A stretch of DNA of 58,059 bases, counting the filler, from Sphacelaria rigidula (Eukaryota), in NCBI GenBank assembly GCA_964200075.2. It is 7 parts of 7 records of this genome, joined end to end, with 100 filler letters (N's around TTAATTAATTAA, not from the genome) between each part and the next. Parts side by side here need not be neighbours in the genome. Positions count along the whole stretch, not along the records: positions 33,237 to 41,444 come from CAXNAA020011915.1; positions 41,545 to 49,752 come from CAXNAA020011916.1; 5 more parts are not named here. One strand, 5' to 3'. Shown piece after piece: positions 34,204 through 47,066 of the stretch. The position numbers were made by a program, and so were the translations under genes. The notes beneath the pieces were generated by a model. That model worked only from the letters and a program-made list of their open reading frames with translations. It did not search any database and was not told the DNA's origin. Every line of letters starts with the position of its first letter. Positions within the stretch are counted from its first letter, which is position 1.

Positions 34204-35066
34204 GGTGGCTGCATGAGGGTACATCGAGGGAGAGCACGCTGTGCTCATCAAGGTGGTGATATCGACACACGGCGAGTTTGCCACAGAGAATCTGGCACTA
34301 GACACACGCCGAACTTGAAAAAATAATAGCAACAAGAGAACAGGTATCGTTGAACATGTTTCAACGGTGTACGCCGGGTCCCAGACTTCGGTGCGACAGC
34401 ATCAGCGTGCGCTGCGAAAGTCGGAGGCATGCAAGTTTCGAAAAGTAAATCTGTTCTGCAGGGCATTGCGGTTTCGGCACACGGGGGTCCGGCATTCGCA
34501 TCTCAGTGATGACTATATGTTCGAGGGATACACCTTGCGTCCAATGGGTCATGATCCGTACTGACTTGAGTCCTGCGAGTCATTCAGGACAATGATGACG
34601 AGGATGACTCGAGCTCCTCTGCGAGTAGTCATTTTTTAAAATGAAGTCGAGTCGTAATACGAAGTATGTTGATATGAGTATGGAGCCTCATGTGTGCCAT
34701 ATCTCCAGATAAATGACGAGTTAGGTGAAGGTGAGGATACCTATCGTCTCCCCGTGCTTCACGGAATGTCCACACCAAATATCGTCATCCGGTCCATAAA
34801 TGGTTCGGGGTTTCGTATAGACTTGAGTATGGACGCTATCTCCGTACGGTATAGGAATTACTAGACATGTGGTTAAATCAACGAGAAAAATTGACCCCGG
34901 GCTTTTGAGCAAATTGACACCTTACCCTTGAATAGGCGATTTATACGATATGCGGGTCACGGCCCAACTCGTCTGTGTCGATGAGACATTGCCTTGGGAA
35001 CTTCAACCCGTTTCTAGGCTGGCCCAGCTCGTACTAAAATTGAGTGCCGTGGATAATAGAGAGCTT

Positions 35067-35240
35067 CGGAGAACACCTTTTTTGTCACCTTAGAGTGCAA
35101 ATATCTCACGATCAGAGTGCAGAATAATAAAGACACGTCACGAAAGAGGAGTTTAGGGGATACCACATTTGACGGAGGGGTAAATACGTTTTCGTTACAC
35201 TCTGATCCTCAGATATTTGCACTCTGAAATGACAAAAACG
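35067..35240. repeat. Short inverted-repeat element
   Basis: tttttgtca...agagtgcaaatatct...gatcagagtg / cactctgatc...agatatttgcactct...tgacaaaaa. Confidence 0.7.
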
Positions 35241-35275
35241 TTTTCCGAAACCTTAATAACGGTCATGTACGTTGC

Positions 35276-35307
<32 letters not shown>

Positions 35308-35890
35308 CCACGCCCCCCGCCCACCCACCCCCACGACCGCACAAACCACACAANNNNNNNNNCCCCCCCCTCCCCCCCCAGCGCTGTCCCCCTGATGCCT
35401 CTAACCAAAATGGAAAAAAATGATTTTAGACGGTGGCGCTCGAACCTATATCCGAATTCCCATGTCGAACTGGCTGCATCAATCGATGCAGCTTGCAGAA
35501 GGGATGGAACAGCCACGTGAAGTTGATCAAGTATACCAGGGGGGCGCGTCTCGCTTGTCTGTCGCATAAACCTCACAAGTCGAGAAAAATCCACGTTTCT
35601 TTTTCTCACCAGGCTCTACGTTACACGGTTTGTTTACCCCTTTCCTTTACACCCCAAGCTTCATCGTACAGTCTCTGGCTTCCTTGTTTTTGATCGCACT
35701 TGGCTGCAACACCGCGTTGAGGTTGTTTCACTTTTTTTCGAGGAACGGACTTTCCGGGGCGCACGGTCGTGTGGCAGGTACTCTCGCTCGCTTGGCGTTT
35801 GATTGCCTTCACGTGTGGCCTACAACTGTTGTAGAGCGTTTCGACGCACGCAGAGGAGGAATGAGGTACTTCAAACGAGGGTCAACATTA

Positions 35891-36341
35891 CACAGCCGAT
35901 CATCGAAATTGAGAGTAGAGCTCTTCATTGAGGATGAGAGCCCGGAGGTTTAAAATCTTCGTATCCACACCAAACCTTTGAAATATGGTTCCATTCCTTC
36001 ACTTACTGGTAGCTGTTGACAACTGCTACACGCCCTACAAATTTGGATTTCGATAAGCGAAATGTTGGGGTCCTATTTATAGATGAAGAAACCATCTTCA
36101 GGGAATTTAGATGATCCGATCGGATCGCCGAAATTCCCTGAAGATGGTTTTCCACCTAGAGCCCCAATATTTCGGTTAACGAAATCCAAATTTGTATGGC
36201 GTGTAGTACTTGTCAGCAGCTACAAGCAGGTGAGGGAATGGAACAATATTTCGAGGATTTGGAGTTGGTGCGAAGATTTTTATCCTCCGGCTTCTCATCC
36301 TCAATGAAAAGCTACATCCTCAATTTCGATGATCGGTTGTT
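35891..36341. mobile_element. Palindromic MITE, family A (~450 bp), flanked by ATTA on both sides
   Basis: cacagccgatcatcgaaattgag ... ctcaatttcgatgatcggttgtt; homologous to 16007-16448. Confidence 0.88.
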
Positions 36342-38994
36342 ATTACTAACTCCTCACCACTAAAGCGGAGTATATCTCAAGTCTGCATAATGTTCGCTCG
36401 AGTGTGAGACCCACCCTGGCGGCTAGACGGTGAACAGACCATTAAAAAGATGAGAGGCTGGGTGCCGCTTGAGGTTCCTTGCCGTGTCCCTAGCGCTGTT
36501 TTGCTGTTGAAGCATTTTATTTTCCGAACGTCAATCCCACGCTGTACAATGTCAGACGACAGCTGATGATATGGATCATACGCATGACATCATACAACTT
36601 CATGAGACGACAGGGCGTGATATTTTCCCTCTCCTGGATGGCGTCCATTGTTCCGGTAACGATCCAGCAGTAGGACAGCATATCATCTATCACTGCCGGT
36701 GTTTTTTTTTTCTCTGTTCGTGTACGGATGTCATCCATGGCGTGTGCTGTGTCTGGTATTACGCATGGTCGAACCGGCCTTATGAGGGAGCTCAAACCCC
36801 TATTAGGCCGATCACCGGATCAGGCCATATCGCAACAGGGGCGCTCGCTGTATACATATGTAATCACCCGATTCGGCTTGTACTACCAAGGTCTTATGTC
36901 TTGGCTTGTGACTCTCCGGTTTCTCGACACATTCAATCAGCTTTGCGTTTGTAACGTGGCGTAAACTGCCTCACGCGTCGCACAAGCCGAGAGACCGCAG
37001 ATATATAAGCAGGGCCTTCACCCGCCCCTGACCTGCGCGTCGAACTCATTTTTTTGGTTTGCTAGGGAGCAGTGGCTACTTGACGGCCTTACAGACATGG
37101 ACGGAAGTACGTGAGCCCCATGGTCGCTCTGATCTCTCCATGATTCAAACGTTTACTCGTATCCCCCATTTTGATTGGCTCGTTTGCATCATGGGTTGGA
37201 CCAACGGAAAAAAAGCTCGAAATGCGAACCTTGCCGTTACCGGAGTTTCATCGTGACCCCTATGGTAAATACTGCGGGAACATCCGTTTGCTTCAACCGA
37301 TCGATGTGGGGTCCATGCTTGGTGCGAGGGAAGCGGCCTGATGATGCATATTCACTCCGGAATACGAAACCTCGATTTCCATTTCGTTTCTTGCGCCTTT
37401 TTCTTCTTCCTCTTCAGGCACAGTTTCATCGTTACTCCTTCGTCGGGACGAGTCTGTGACCTCAAAGGATCAACGCACCTCTGCCCTGGCGCACGCCTTG
37501 CAATTTGGTGTCGCGGGTTGGATAATGACCATCAACACTCCCGCGCCGCGTCGACTGTCATCAAATAGACTCTCTTTACTACTCTCGCTCTCACGATTCC
37601 AGCGACGTAAATCGGGTACTTTTAGAAGCAACCAAACGTATCTGCCGAGAGTCGAAGTCTCGCTCTGCTGAACCGATGGCTTCACATGATCCATTAGAAA
37701 ACCGGGGCGCGGCGCGTTCACCGCTTTTGCTGCAAACACTTTGGAATCTTCACCGTTACTTATGCTAATCGGGGCCCGAAAAGTGAACATGCTGTTCGAG
37801 GACACAATACCGACCAGAGACGACCCATGTATTTTTACGAATTGTCCCGGGATGCTCCGCCCGGGTACACTCGATTTTAGAGTACACTCTCTTCACGAGA
37901 AAGTCGGGCATTCAGGCGACGCCCTCCTTGTTCCCACGCTACATACTCCTGCACACCGTCCACGTGGACCCCACAGCAGTGACCTTGTCCTAGTGCTTTG
38001 GACGCGTAGACTATAAACCTAAAAAATATTTCCCGGCTTATTGTGCTGACCGCGGGACGTTCCCTGAAATGGCCAGTGCTATATAGTGCATTGGGCTTTG
38101 AAGCACCCAACGCGACAATCAGCGCTCGAATCGCACACGTAACCGTCGAGAACCGCGCGAGCAAAATCTGTCCCTCGATGGAGTGCCCCCACCAACGCAC
38201 CGTTCCTATAATAATGAATGCAAGTGAAAAATGACCCTCAGACAGAAGGGATTCGGGGGAAAAACCTCGAAGGAGAGATCTGATTCGGAATGACTTTGTT
38301 TCCGTATGCGCGCATGTCCAAGTGTAATGCACTCCGATGTATTCTGCGGAGAAGAGCACCGCCGCTTGTGTACACAGCCGCACCGGGGACCCAAGGTAGA
38401 GAACATGGCGTGTACTGGGATAGATAACATCATGGTGACTGAATTATGCTCTTCTCTTCGTCTGCTGTATTGATTATATCGGTACCGCCATGTTCGCCGT
38501 ACCGATTCTACAGCCTCCGTCCGATGCGACTTAAACTTGTACCTCGGGAATACACGGACAAGTGTCTCTCACCCCAGAGTCGGTCACATATTGTATTGGC
38601 ATACTTCCCACTTGAAAAGTTAATGCAAAATCCCGATGGCCCAATTGGGGGTCGAAGGGTTCAACTTTAGAGTCGGTTGTAGGGAGCGGTGACCGTCTCC
38701 AGAGATCGTGACTTGAAAAATGAGAGCAAGACGCAGACGGCCCACCCTGGCCATCAAGCGTCACTTTGAGAGCTGGGGGGAGGAAGAGGTGGCGCTCTCA
38801 TGAGCAGTACGGTACATGGTGATACCCTTAGACGAAGGGAGGAATACAGCGGGGAGCACAGGGAAGATAACACTGTGTGTACTCTGCTGAACTGTGCTGC
38901 ATTGTTGACTGTGTTGTGCGATGTACTTAGGCTTTGTCTATCTATACAGACGACGACCACTCCCAGGATGAGTCATTTGTGGTTCATGGGCGTA

Positions 38995-39170
38995 ATTATA
39001 TTATCATTATCATTATCATTATCATCATCATCATCATCATCATCATTATAATTATTATTATCATTATAATTATATGTTTGTTTATTTGTTTATTTGTCGC
39101 ACATTGAACCCCTCCCCTTCCTCGGGATGAGTCCGTGGTCTTAAGGGATTAACCCATCTCTTCCCCGGTA
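38995..39170 (-). mobile_element. SINE 3' end fragment (39106-39170) with an adjacent microsatellite tail
   Basis: gaacccctccccttcctcgggatgagtccgtggtc matches 33922 onward; preceded by (TCATTA)/(TCA)/(TTTG) repeats. Confidence 0.7.
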
Positions 39171-39935
39171 ATATTTACTTTAAAAATGAATGCAAGACCC
39201 AGATAGCCCACCCAAGTGACAGTCCAAGCACTTGATTTTGCAAAACGAGACAGAAAGAGATAACGCTGTCGAGGGGGTTGGTGTAATCTGATCCTTGGTG
39301 ATACGCACAGACAAACGGAACGAACGCAATGGGGGGCAAAGAGAAGACAACACCGTCCTGTATTATGCAGCATTGTACTGCTGTACTGTGCGTTTTAGAT
39401 CGGCTTTATTTCGACCTATATAGCCACCCCCAGGGTGGGTCATCTGTGTTGCATTGTCACAATTTTGACGTGAAAATGAATGATAAATAGACCATGCGGG
39501 CGATGCAATGCAGCACGGGGTGTGCGTGTCATGGGTGCAGAAGGATTCTCCGACCGACCGACGGATCATTCGCATCTCATTGGCTCGCGCGATTTTTCCA
39601 TTAGGAAGATCTTACACGCTTTGAAAAAAACTACATGTTTTGGGCACAATTAGCATAACTACCTGTGAGAGTATGTCGGTACTTAAAGGCACAAACGTTT
39701 GCATGGCATGCATGGACTTGCTCGAAACTGTTTTTTTTCTACTCGGCGGGTAATATGGCTGATCCCCAACCCCTTCAACTGTAACGCTCAGTTTCCAATA
39801 ACCCACTGGAGAGTAAAGCAATCCTCCGACCATGCCAAAGATGATTAAATTGTTCATGTGCTTTCAACTTCAATATTCACGTCGACGGCTCCACCGCTGT
39901 TTTACGTTCGATATAAAAAATGTGTGTATTGACAG

Positions 39936-40655
39936 ATGAACAAGAAGTTGTGCCAGGAAACGTTCAAGAGAAAACTTCCGGTGAAGAACGTCTTCTGGTG
40001 CGAAGGCCGCCCGATCTTTCTCCTGAACCTAAGCAAGAAAGACGTCAAACTCTTCGTCCTCGAAGTAGTCCAAAACTTCATTCACCCCGACTGTAGCGTC
40101 ACCCCCATGGATTACCCGCTTGGCACACGGTTCCTCAGCCTTAACCGCGCAGCAGCCAGACACCAACCACTGCCACCCACCGCTCTGAAGCGGGTCGATC
40201 AGCTTGGACGACCGATCAAAGAATTCGCCCGGAAAGCACTGACCGACCTGCCACAGGGCCAAGTCGCCTTGTGCCTCTTATTCCGGCACGACAAATGCGG
40301 TGAGAGCGCCGACTGCTGCATGGTCACCGAGGAGTATGCATGGCGCAGGAGCAGCAATGGCACAGGCGAGGGAAATATGACCCGCATTGCGCCGCAATTG
40401 TTGCACCCAAACCCCGTCCCGTTGGTACCGGGCTCAACTACTCCATGCAAGGGCGGGCGATCTCAATCACCTGCAGGAAGGGTCTCTTCCGGCGATATCG
40501 GGCAGGACGTCACGGCGGAAAAAGGAGGAAGGCATTCGACCACAACCACCGCCACTGGGGAGGGGTTGCAAGGCCATCAAGGCGACAGCCAAAGGGACTC
40601 TTGGTGTGATGATACCTCAAGCAAAGACGGCGACGGCAGTTGCTACCATGACAAG
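39936..40655 (+). CDS. Putative exon of an unknown gene
   Basis: tgacag| acceptor directly before a 256-codon ORF with coding-like C/G third positions; candidate donors at 40300 (gtgag) or 40656 (gttcgt). Confidence 0.4.
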
Positions 40656-40754
40656 GTTCGTCACCCCATGTTCCCGTTGTTTTTCGATTTTCTACCGCGA
40701 TTTTGATTAACTTCTCCCATTCATCCACTCGTCTTTTTTTGCGTTGCTTCTTTT

Positions 40755-41180
40755 TACGGTAACCATGATGGTGGGCAAGCTAAATCATGTTGTGCAGGCG
40801 TGGGAGAATCTCATCTCCGTACGAAGGGAATGATCGTACTTCGTTGTGTTTGAATGGTGAGACTCCCATGAGGCAGTGTGGAACCCGTGCCTGTCTCTGG
40901 ATTCGGCGGGACCATAAAATGAAGCAACTCATTCGAGGCTGTCATCCATATGCAAGGTGATCAGTACACTTGGGGCCGAACAATCTTAGCAGGATACAGG
41001 CCACCCCTCATGCCACTCGTCGAGAAAATCACGGCGCTTCGCGCTTGGTGAATGCGAGCCTGGTCCGGCGAACTGCCGGCTTCCTTTCGTTCCGGCTTTG
41101 CGGGGGTGCGAGGTCAATGGTCATATGACTACGGCGTGCAAGATCACGAGTACGCCCACCCGATCCGTATGAGAATCTAA
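40755..41180 (+). repeat. Structured dispersed repeat (possible retroposon UTR or SINE)
   Basis: Its 3' part matches 33237-33345 and 8310-8520; internal stems tgggag..tctca / tgagactccca and gtacga / tcgtac. The left boundary is approximate. Confidence 0.5.
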
Positions 41181-41444
41181 GTGTGGTTGCGGGTAAAAGT
41201 CCGGTCCCTAATTTTCAGTTGGGGTAAAGTTCGTCAGGCGCAGGCTGTGGTTGAAGTCACGTTGAAGTTGTGTGTAATTCCATTGTGCGTGATACTACTA
41301 CACTACAAAAGCGTTTTTTCGTTGTCTTTTTTATATGTTATGTTGCACTATTGCAGTGTTCGTTTCGTCCCCCCTTCCTCCCCCCCCCTCCCGGCCTGCA
41401 AGTTCCCTAATGCATATCCCCACCCCTCCCCTACACCCCCCCCC

Positions 41445-41544
41445 NNNNNNNNNNNNNNNNNNNNNNNNNNNNNNNNNNNNNNNNNNNNTTAATTAATTAA
41501 NNNNNNNNNNNNNNNNNNNNNNNNNNNNNNNNNNNNNNNNNNNN
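41445..41544. other. Artificial contig spacer
   Basis: N44-TTAATTAATTAA-N44. Confidence 0.98.
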
Positions 41545-41843
41545 CGCGTAGATACCTTTTCAGCACATTTTACCGACTCTATGAGCTTACAGCGCTGACC
41601 GAAACTGCTGTTTTCCCTGATATCACCCCCCCCCCCCTAGAAAAAAAAGGTAAAAATGGCGCTTTCGGACAGCGCTGTAAGCTCACAGAGGCGAAAAAAT
41701 GCGCTGAAAAAGCATGTATGCGATCGAGGGGCATAAGGCCGACAAGAAAGCCATTGGGCACCACCGCTGAAAGTGTGGAGAAAGTACTGTTTTTGGCTCG
41801 AACCTCATTTAATTGATGAACCTCACTTTGTAGAATTTTCTGT
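41545..41843. mobile_element. Centre and right arm of palindromic MITE family B
   Basis: cgctgaaagtgtggagaaag.actgtttt.ggct.gaacctcatt...ctgtt matches the right arm of 56833-57288. Confidence 0.8.
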
Positions 41844-41849
41844 TAATAC

Positions 41850-44800
41850 CGGTCCTGTCTTCCCCTTGGCACGGTCCGGATCCATTTCGGCGACGAAGCC
41901 GTCGAGGATCTGTGTTAAAGAAGCAGCGATGTCGGGAGAGCGGCGTCTGATGGATCAATGCAATGCTTTATGCAAAGGAGTCTGCCAGAACTCTACGCAA
42001 ACGGAATCTTCGAAACGTTTTGTGCCAGTTGCATCCGCCAAGTGAAGGATATTTTAGACAGTGCGGGGAATCGACGTGATGAGGGCAGAACTAAACTGGC
42101 CCAAATCTTCTTCATCTGCAGCAGGCATGGTTTTGATGTGCCAGAGCTTTTTCACATCCATCTGAATATACTGTCCCTGTATTGCAGCCACTCGAGTAGA
42201 CTCGGCTCCCTCGGGAGCTGTTTTTTTACTCGCTTCGGAACGTGCTTTGTCAACCGCAGCGGTTGCTAAGGCGCGGGCTGCAGTAGAAGACAATGGACGG
42301 TCAGGCGTGTCCGTATCGGATAAACCTAAAATGCGGGCCGAAACGTCAGCAAATTTAGGGATCACTTGCCTTGGTGTCGCCGGACCCGAGGGGGGCAGAT
42401 CTGTACCGGACCGGTTCCAGCCGGTCGCGGAAGATCTGGAAGAATTACCTCCGATTTTCATGCGAGGCGGGCCACGGGGTTTGCGAGCCGGGCGGTTCGG
42501 TCCGAAGCCGCCCGAAGAGGATCTTCCATCACCATGGCGGCGACGTGAGCCTCAGCCATCGTTGTCGTCGCCATCCTGGCGGTGGTTCTTCTTGTGTCTC
42601 CGGCAGTTGGTTGCGGGAGTCCACCCATCTTCATCTTCGTCTTCGTTGACGAGGGTGGCGCCGGGATCAGGGTTGTAAGCGGCGTGTAGCGTAGCGCCGC
42701 GAAAAGATCGGTGACAGCGTCGACGTAACTCTGGTGATGCAGGTGATCACCGATAGTCGTTAGAAGGACCAGCTGGCCCAAGGTGAGTACCGATACGCCC
42801 TCATCGGGGAAGAAGCCGCCCTGCTCCACGTAAACACTTAAAGCATAGAGCATGCGTTGCGAAATTAAGGTCCAAGCCTCGCGGGAGCAGTGGAGGTGGT
42901 TGCTACTGCGGAAAGGACCTGTATGATCCGCCGCAGAACGAGAAAGCCACACTCGTTCGTGAGGCGCCGATTGCAGACCTGGCGTCAGACGGGCATCGAC
43001 TGCCGAGCTAGGTGCACGAGACGGGCGTGTCCGGGCCGTCGCGGGGACGGCAGCGGCCGCGGCATACGACGTGTTGTCCGCCTTACGGGGAATGACGTAA
43101 GTGGACGTATTGGTCTTTGGCTGGCGGTGGGCGCGACCACCGGTCGTGTTGCCGATGGGCGGCGGAGAGGCCGGATGGTTGGAGAGGCGGGCCACCGACG
43201 TGGCCGCGTCTTGGGCAGTTCGGCGGACATGCTCCTCGAGTTTCTTAACGCGCTGCGGGGCCGCCAACGCAGCAGTGCGGCCTTTCTATAACGCGCGTTG
43301 CGCCGCGGAGTTGGTAGTCTGCGCCCGAGTAGCGTGGCGCTGGAGGTGTAGATGCTTTGCAGCGCGTTCTTATTAATGACGCATGCCGCAGCAGCGTCGA
43401 CCTCCCTCTGCCGCTCAAGGACGTCGTGGGCCAGCGCCGGTGCATGTGAGGCATAATCGTTAATCAGTTCTTGTTGTTCCGCACGGGGGCGGTTCCTGAA
43501 AAGCCTTAACAGCAGCCCGGTAGGGCAGTGCTCGTCGCCGAGCGCGGGGAGATCCTCCCATAAGGGCCAGTGGTTGGGCCACTATCGGCGTCAGTATCAA
43601 CCGCAGACGGGGTAGCGGCGGGTGTTGGAGCTGTCGTGGGGGCGGCAGAAGGCGCAGCGGCCAAGGTAGCAGCGGCGGCAGCGGTGGTTGTAGCGGCCGC
43701 AGTAGCTGCAGGAACGCCGGCGGTCTTCGTCATGGTTTTCGCGGCGGCGGCAATGGATCTTGAGGTAGCCATTGTTGATAGTTGTCGCTCGAGGTCTGTC
43801 AACCGTTGTTGAAGAGAGCGAATAAGCTTAGCGTCGGAGCGGGACGGTGGATCGCGGTCATTGCGGGGTCGTCGGTTTTGCGATGAAGTGCGGCCGGATC
43901 CCTCAATTAAGGACTCCAGAGCCGGTGACATGTCCGAAAATATATTTTGAATATCGTCAACATGTAGAGTGTTATCATTGCGTAAATGACGGCGGCATGG
44001 CAGATGCGGAGCAGGGGGGGTGCGCGCGGCTGCATAATCGGTGCTTTTCGAGCGCGAGTGACCGCGCGATGAACTTGATCTGTGCCGCGAATCACCCTCG
44101 TGAGTACGGTCACGGTTGGTATTCACCGGACGCTTCGAAGCGCGCGATGAAGTAGAACTGTGGCGTGAACTACCGTCATATGTGCGACCATGAGTGACAT
44201 TCTTCGGGCGTATAAAAATGCACGATGAGTTCGAGCTTTGCTGGGAGTTGTTCTTTGAACTGCAAGAACTGGTGACGTGGTCGTGACCAACCGTCGGTGT
44301 GCGGCGTCGGTCAGGAGCGCGAGCAAGACTCTGGTTGGACGTCGAGGAGGGGCTGGACTCATGTTCGTTAAATGTTTCATGAGTGACGAACGAAGGACGC
44401 GATGTCGCCGATCGAGGCTCCAACTGTACGGGTTTGAGCGTGGCAGGTGCAGAATCATCATTGAACTGCACGTGAGCAAACGCCGATTGGTCTTGGAGCG
44501 TAGCCTGGAAAAAAGCCGTAAATGCCTCGATGAGAGCTGAAGCCGGCGACTGCGCCGACGCCGAGGAAGTGCGATGCATAGTCTGCAGCGTAGAATGCAT
44601 GGCCGCGACTGCTGATCCGATATTGGACTGCGCAGTAGGGCGCACGGGACTACCGAGAGTCGTGCGATGGGGGTCCGTAACGGAAGCAGTCCGTGTGACA
44701 GAGTCTCTTGCTCCAGAATGGATACGCGTCGTCGGGACTGAATCGTCTCGAGCGTTGTCAACCGTCATGCGACGGGGTGCCGCGGTTGAAGCAACCTTTA

Positions 44801-45263
44801 CAGGGCTAAGCTGGACACGTGTGTCCAGGGGCAACGACTCAGCTGGGGGCACAATCCTGACTTCGGACTCCACATTGGGATTCGGAAGAACAGGCCACAG
44901 CGAGGGGGGTGCAACGGAATCCACCGTTACGGGTTCACTGACATGTCCGTCAGGAGCCAATGACTCAGCCGGTGGCACAAGCCTGTTCTCTGAGTCCGAG
45001 TCGCAACGTGAGAGAACAGGTCGCGGCGTCACAGTCTTGGCTTCAAGCTTCGAAGAACGAGCATCGCTTGAAGGTTGGTCTTCAGATCCCGAAGATCGAA
45101 CAGCGCTCGCATACGTGCGTCGATGAGTTGAAGGTGACGTGACACTCATGTTAAAAGATTTCGGACCGCCAGTGGTTTGACTCCGTGTCCAACGAAGCGT
45201 TCGATTTCCCAATCGAGGAGAAGAGCCAGCGTTATTTCTGTGCCACATGATAGTCGTACGCAA
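41850..45263 (-). mobile_element. Disrupted long gag-like ORF of a retrotransposon
   Basis: Successive minus ORFs (585, 269, 135 aa) with a Ser/Thr/Ala-rich N-terminus. Read-through gives WQTPLHKAL..P..AASLTQILD, similar to WLRPLHRAL..P.ATKLSHMLD in the Gypsy at 52526-53350. Confidence 0.55.
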
Positions 45264-46507
45264 CTTGTGTGCTTAAAACGACAGGAGCAGTGGTCTGGTC
45301 GTCGGGCTCTAATCAAAGGAGCGTGACACCAAGAAATGCAAAGCGCAACGACCGAAGCTTGTATCCGGAAATACGGGATAATGAACCCTAATAGCGCCTG
45401 GGGGGGCCTTGGGAACCTGATGAACTCGACTATTATTCTTCAAGCGAATTGCTGTATGTAACAACAATGTCCGGGGTCTGGTCAATACCCCTATCTAAGT
45501 TGTGGCGGTAATAGCTATCAACGGAAGCTCGGGATTGCGCACAAAACAGACATATGGCTTCGGAGGAAGGCGAAAATCCAATTGTCTGTAGCAGCGTTTG
45601 TACGTGAAAGTAGTACAACTCACACATGTTCGGTTGTGGCGTCACGGGCAGACTATAACTGTATTATCGGCACAAGCTGAGAATCGACTGGCGGTGTTCA
45701 ATTAAAATATATAGATGAGCACCGAAAACTCGTGCGGTGTAGAGCAGCACAAAATCTTCTACAAAGCTTGGGGTGTAGACCGCAAGATCGGACGGCGTAA
45801 TGCAGGGCGAAAGCTTGTTACACAAGAGAGTTGGGACAACGTACGTATATGAAACGAAGTTGAAGTTGTGCTCAGCAGGGGCAACGCTGAGGGCGGGTGC
45901 CAAACAAAGTTAACGCATAGGCAAGAGACACGGATTTCGAGTGCCGTCTGCTCCATGTGAGTACTATGACGAAATCACGCCGTCACGTTGAGTATAAAGT
46001 GGATCCTCGATGACCAGGGGACAGGGGCATCCTATGGATGATGACCCTTGCTGTGTAGCCCTGGCCTGACGGTACGGACTGCAGCTGTTTATTCCTGATA
46101 ATGAGATGTTGTAAAGGCTGACAACTGAAACCTGAGGTCAGTGGAGCTGGGGAGTCCCTCAACAGCATTATACGCTGCAGTACTAGCAACCTTCTGTCGT
46201 CACAATATCGATATTAGTGATGGTGCTAGTCGTGCTAGTAGTGCTATCGTGAGAGACTGCTGGAAATGTTTCAGTAGAAAGCAGTCTGGACAGCTTAGGA
46301 CGTATTGCTTCACGGACGCGTGAGGAAGTTTCAAGCTGAGGTAGCTGCAAAGACAGCTGGCCCGTGATTGATCCAGACTAGAGACTTGCTGGAGCTGCGT
46401 GCAGCGGGAGTTTATAGCACCCCACGGCTGTGTGGAGCGGCGACAAAGGCAGGTGTGAACTGTGAGTTCGAGAAGGTTCAGAAGCCTTCGAATAGGTTCG
46501 CTCGGAA

Positions 46508-47019
46508 ATGTCGACTACAAAGGTACCGGCAATAGAGCCAGCGGAGACGGCTGTATCTCCAGTTGTTCTGAGAGAAGAGTTGCGGCCTCCCAGTTACGGT
46601 AATTTGTATTCTGAGTGTGCTTCTCGTTCGTTTCATACAAAATACATGAAATACAAGAAGCGGGTGGAGCATGCGAATACGGAGGGTGCGGTAAGGCATC
46701 GGGTGGTTTCCATGGCGCAACTTGTGCCTACCCCCCTCCAACGCGTTTTTGCGAGGAGATTCCATGAACATCACACAGTAACGCCGCCGCAATTGGTTGC
46801 GGCGATCAGAAAGCATGCTGGGCATGTGGTGGGCACTTGCCACTGTTGTGGCCAGGTCGGCCATTACGCGCGCGATTGCCCAACGTTTTCCCGCGGAAAG
46901 TCTGGGAAGTCTTATGCCGCGCGCCATCAGCATCGTCAGCACAAGGGCAAAAGACGAGGTAATCGTGGTGGCGGCGGCGGCGGCGGATCCTCCAGCGGTG
47001 GAGGCGTACGATCGAGTTC

Positions 47020-47066
<47 letters not shown>

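Noticed and set aside
37325..37375. Hammerhead ribozyme (CTGATGA...CGAAAC)
   Set aside because: The stem II closing pair is mismatched, there is no UH cleavage triplet in register, and stem I cannot form.
37470..38670. Protein-coding gene in this interval
   Set aside because: Only short ORFs on both strands, with no recognisable motif or consistent splice structure.
39106..39170. HDV-like ribozyme suggested by CCTTCCTCGGG
   Set aside because: No P1 or P2 partner strands; it is the antisense of a SINE 3' end.
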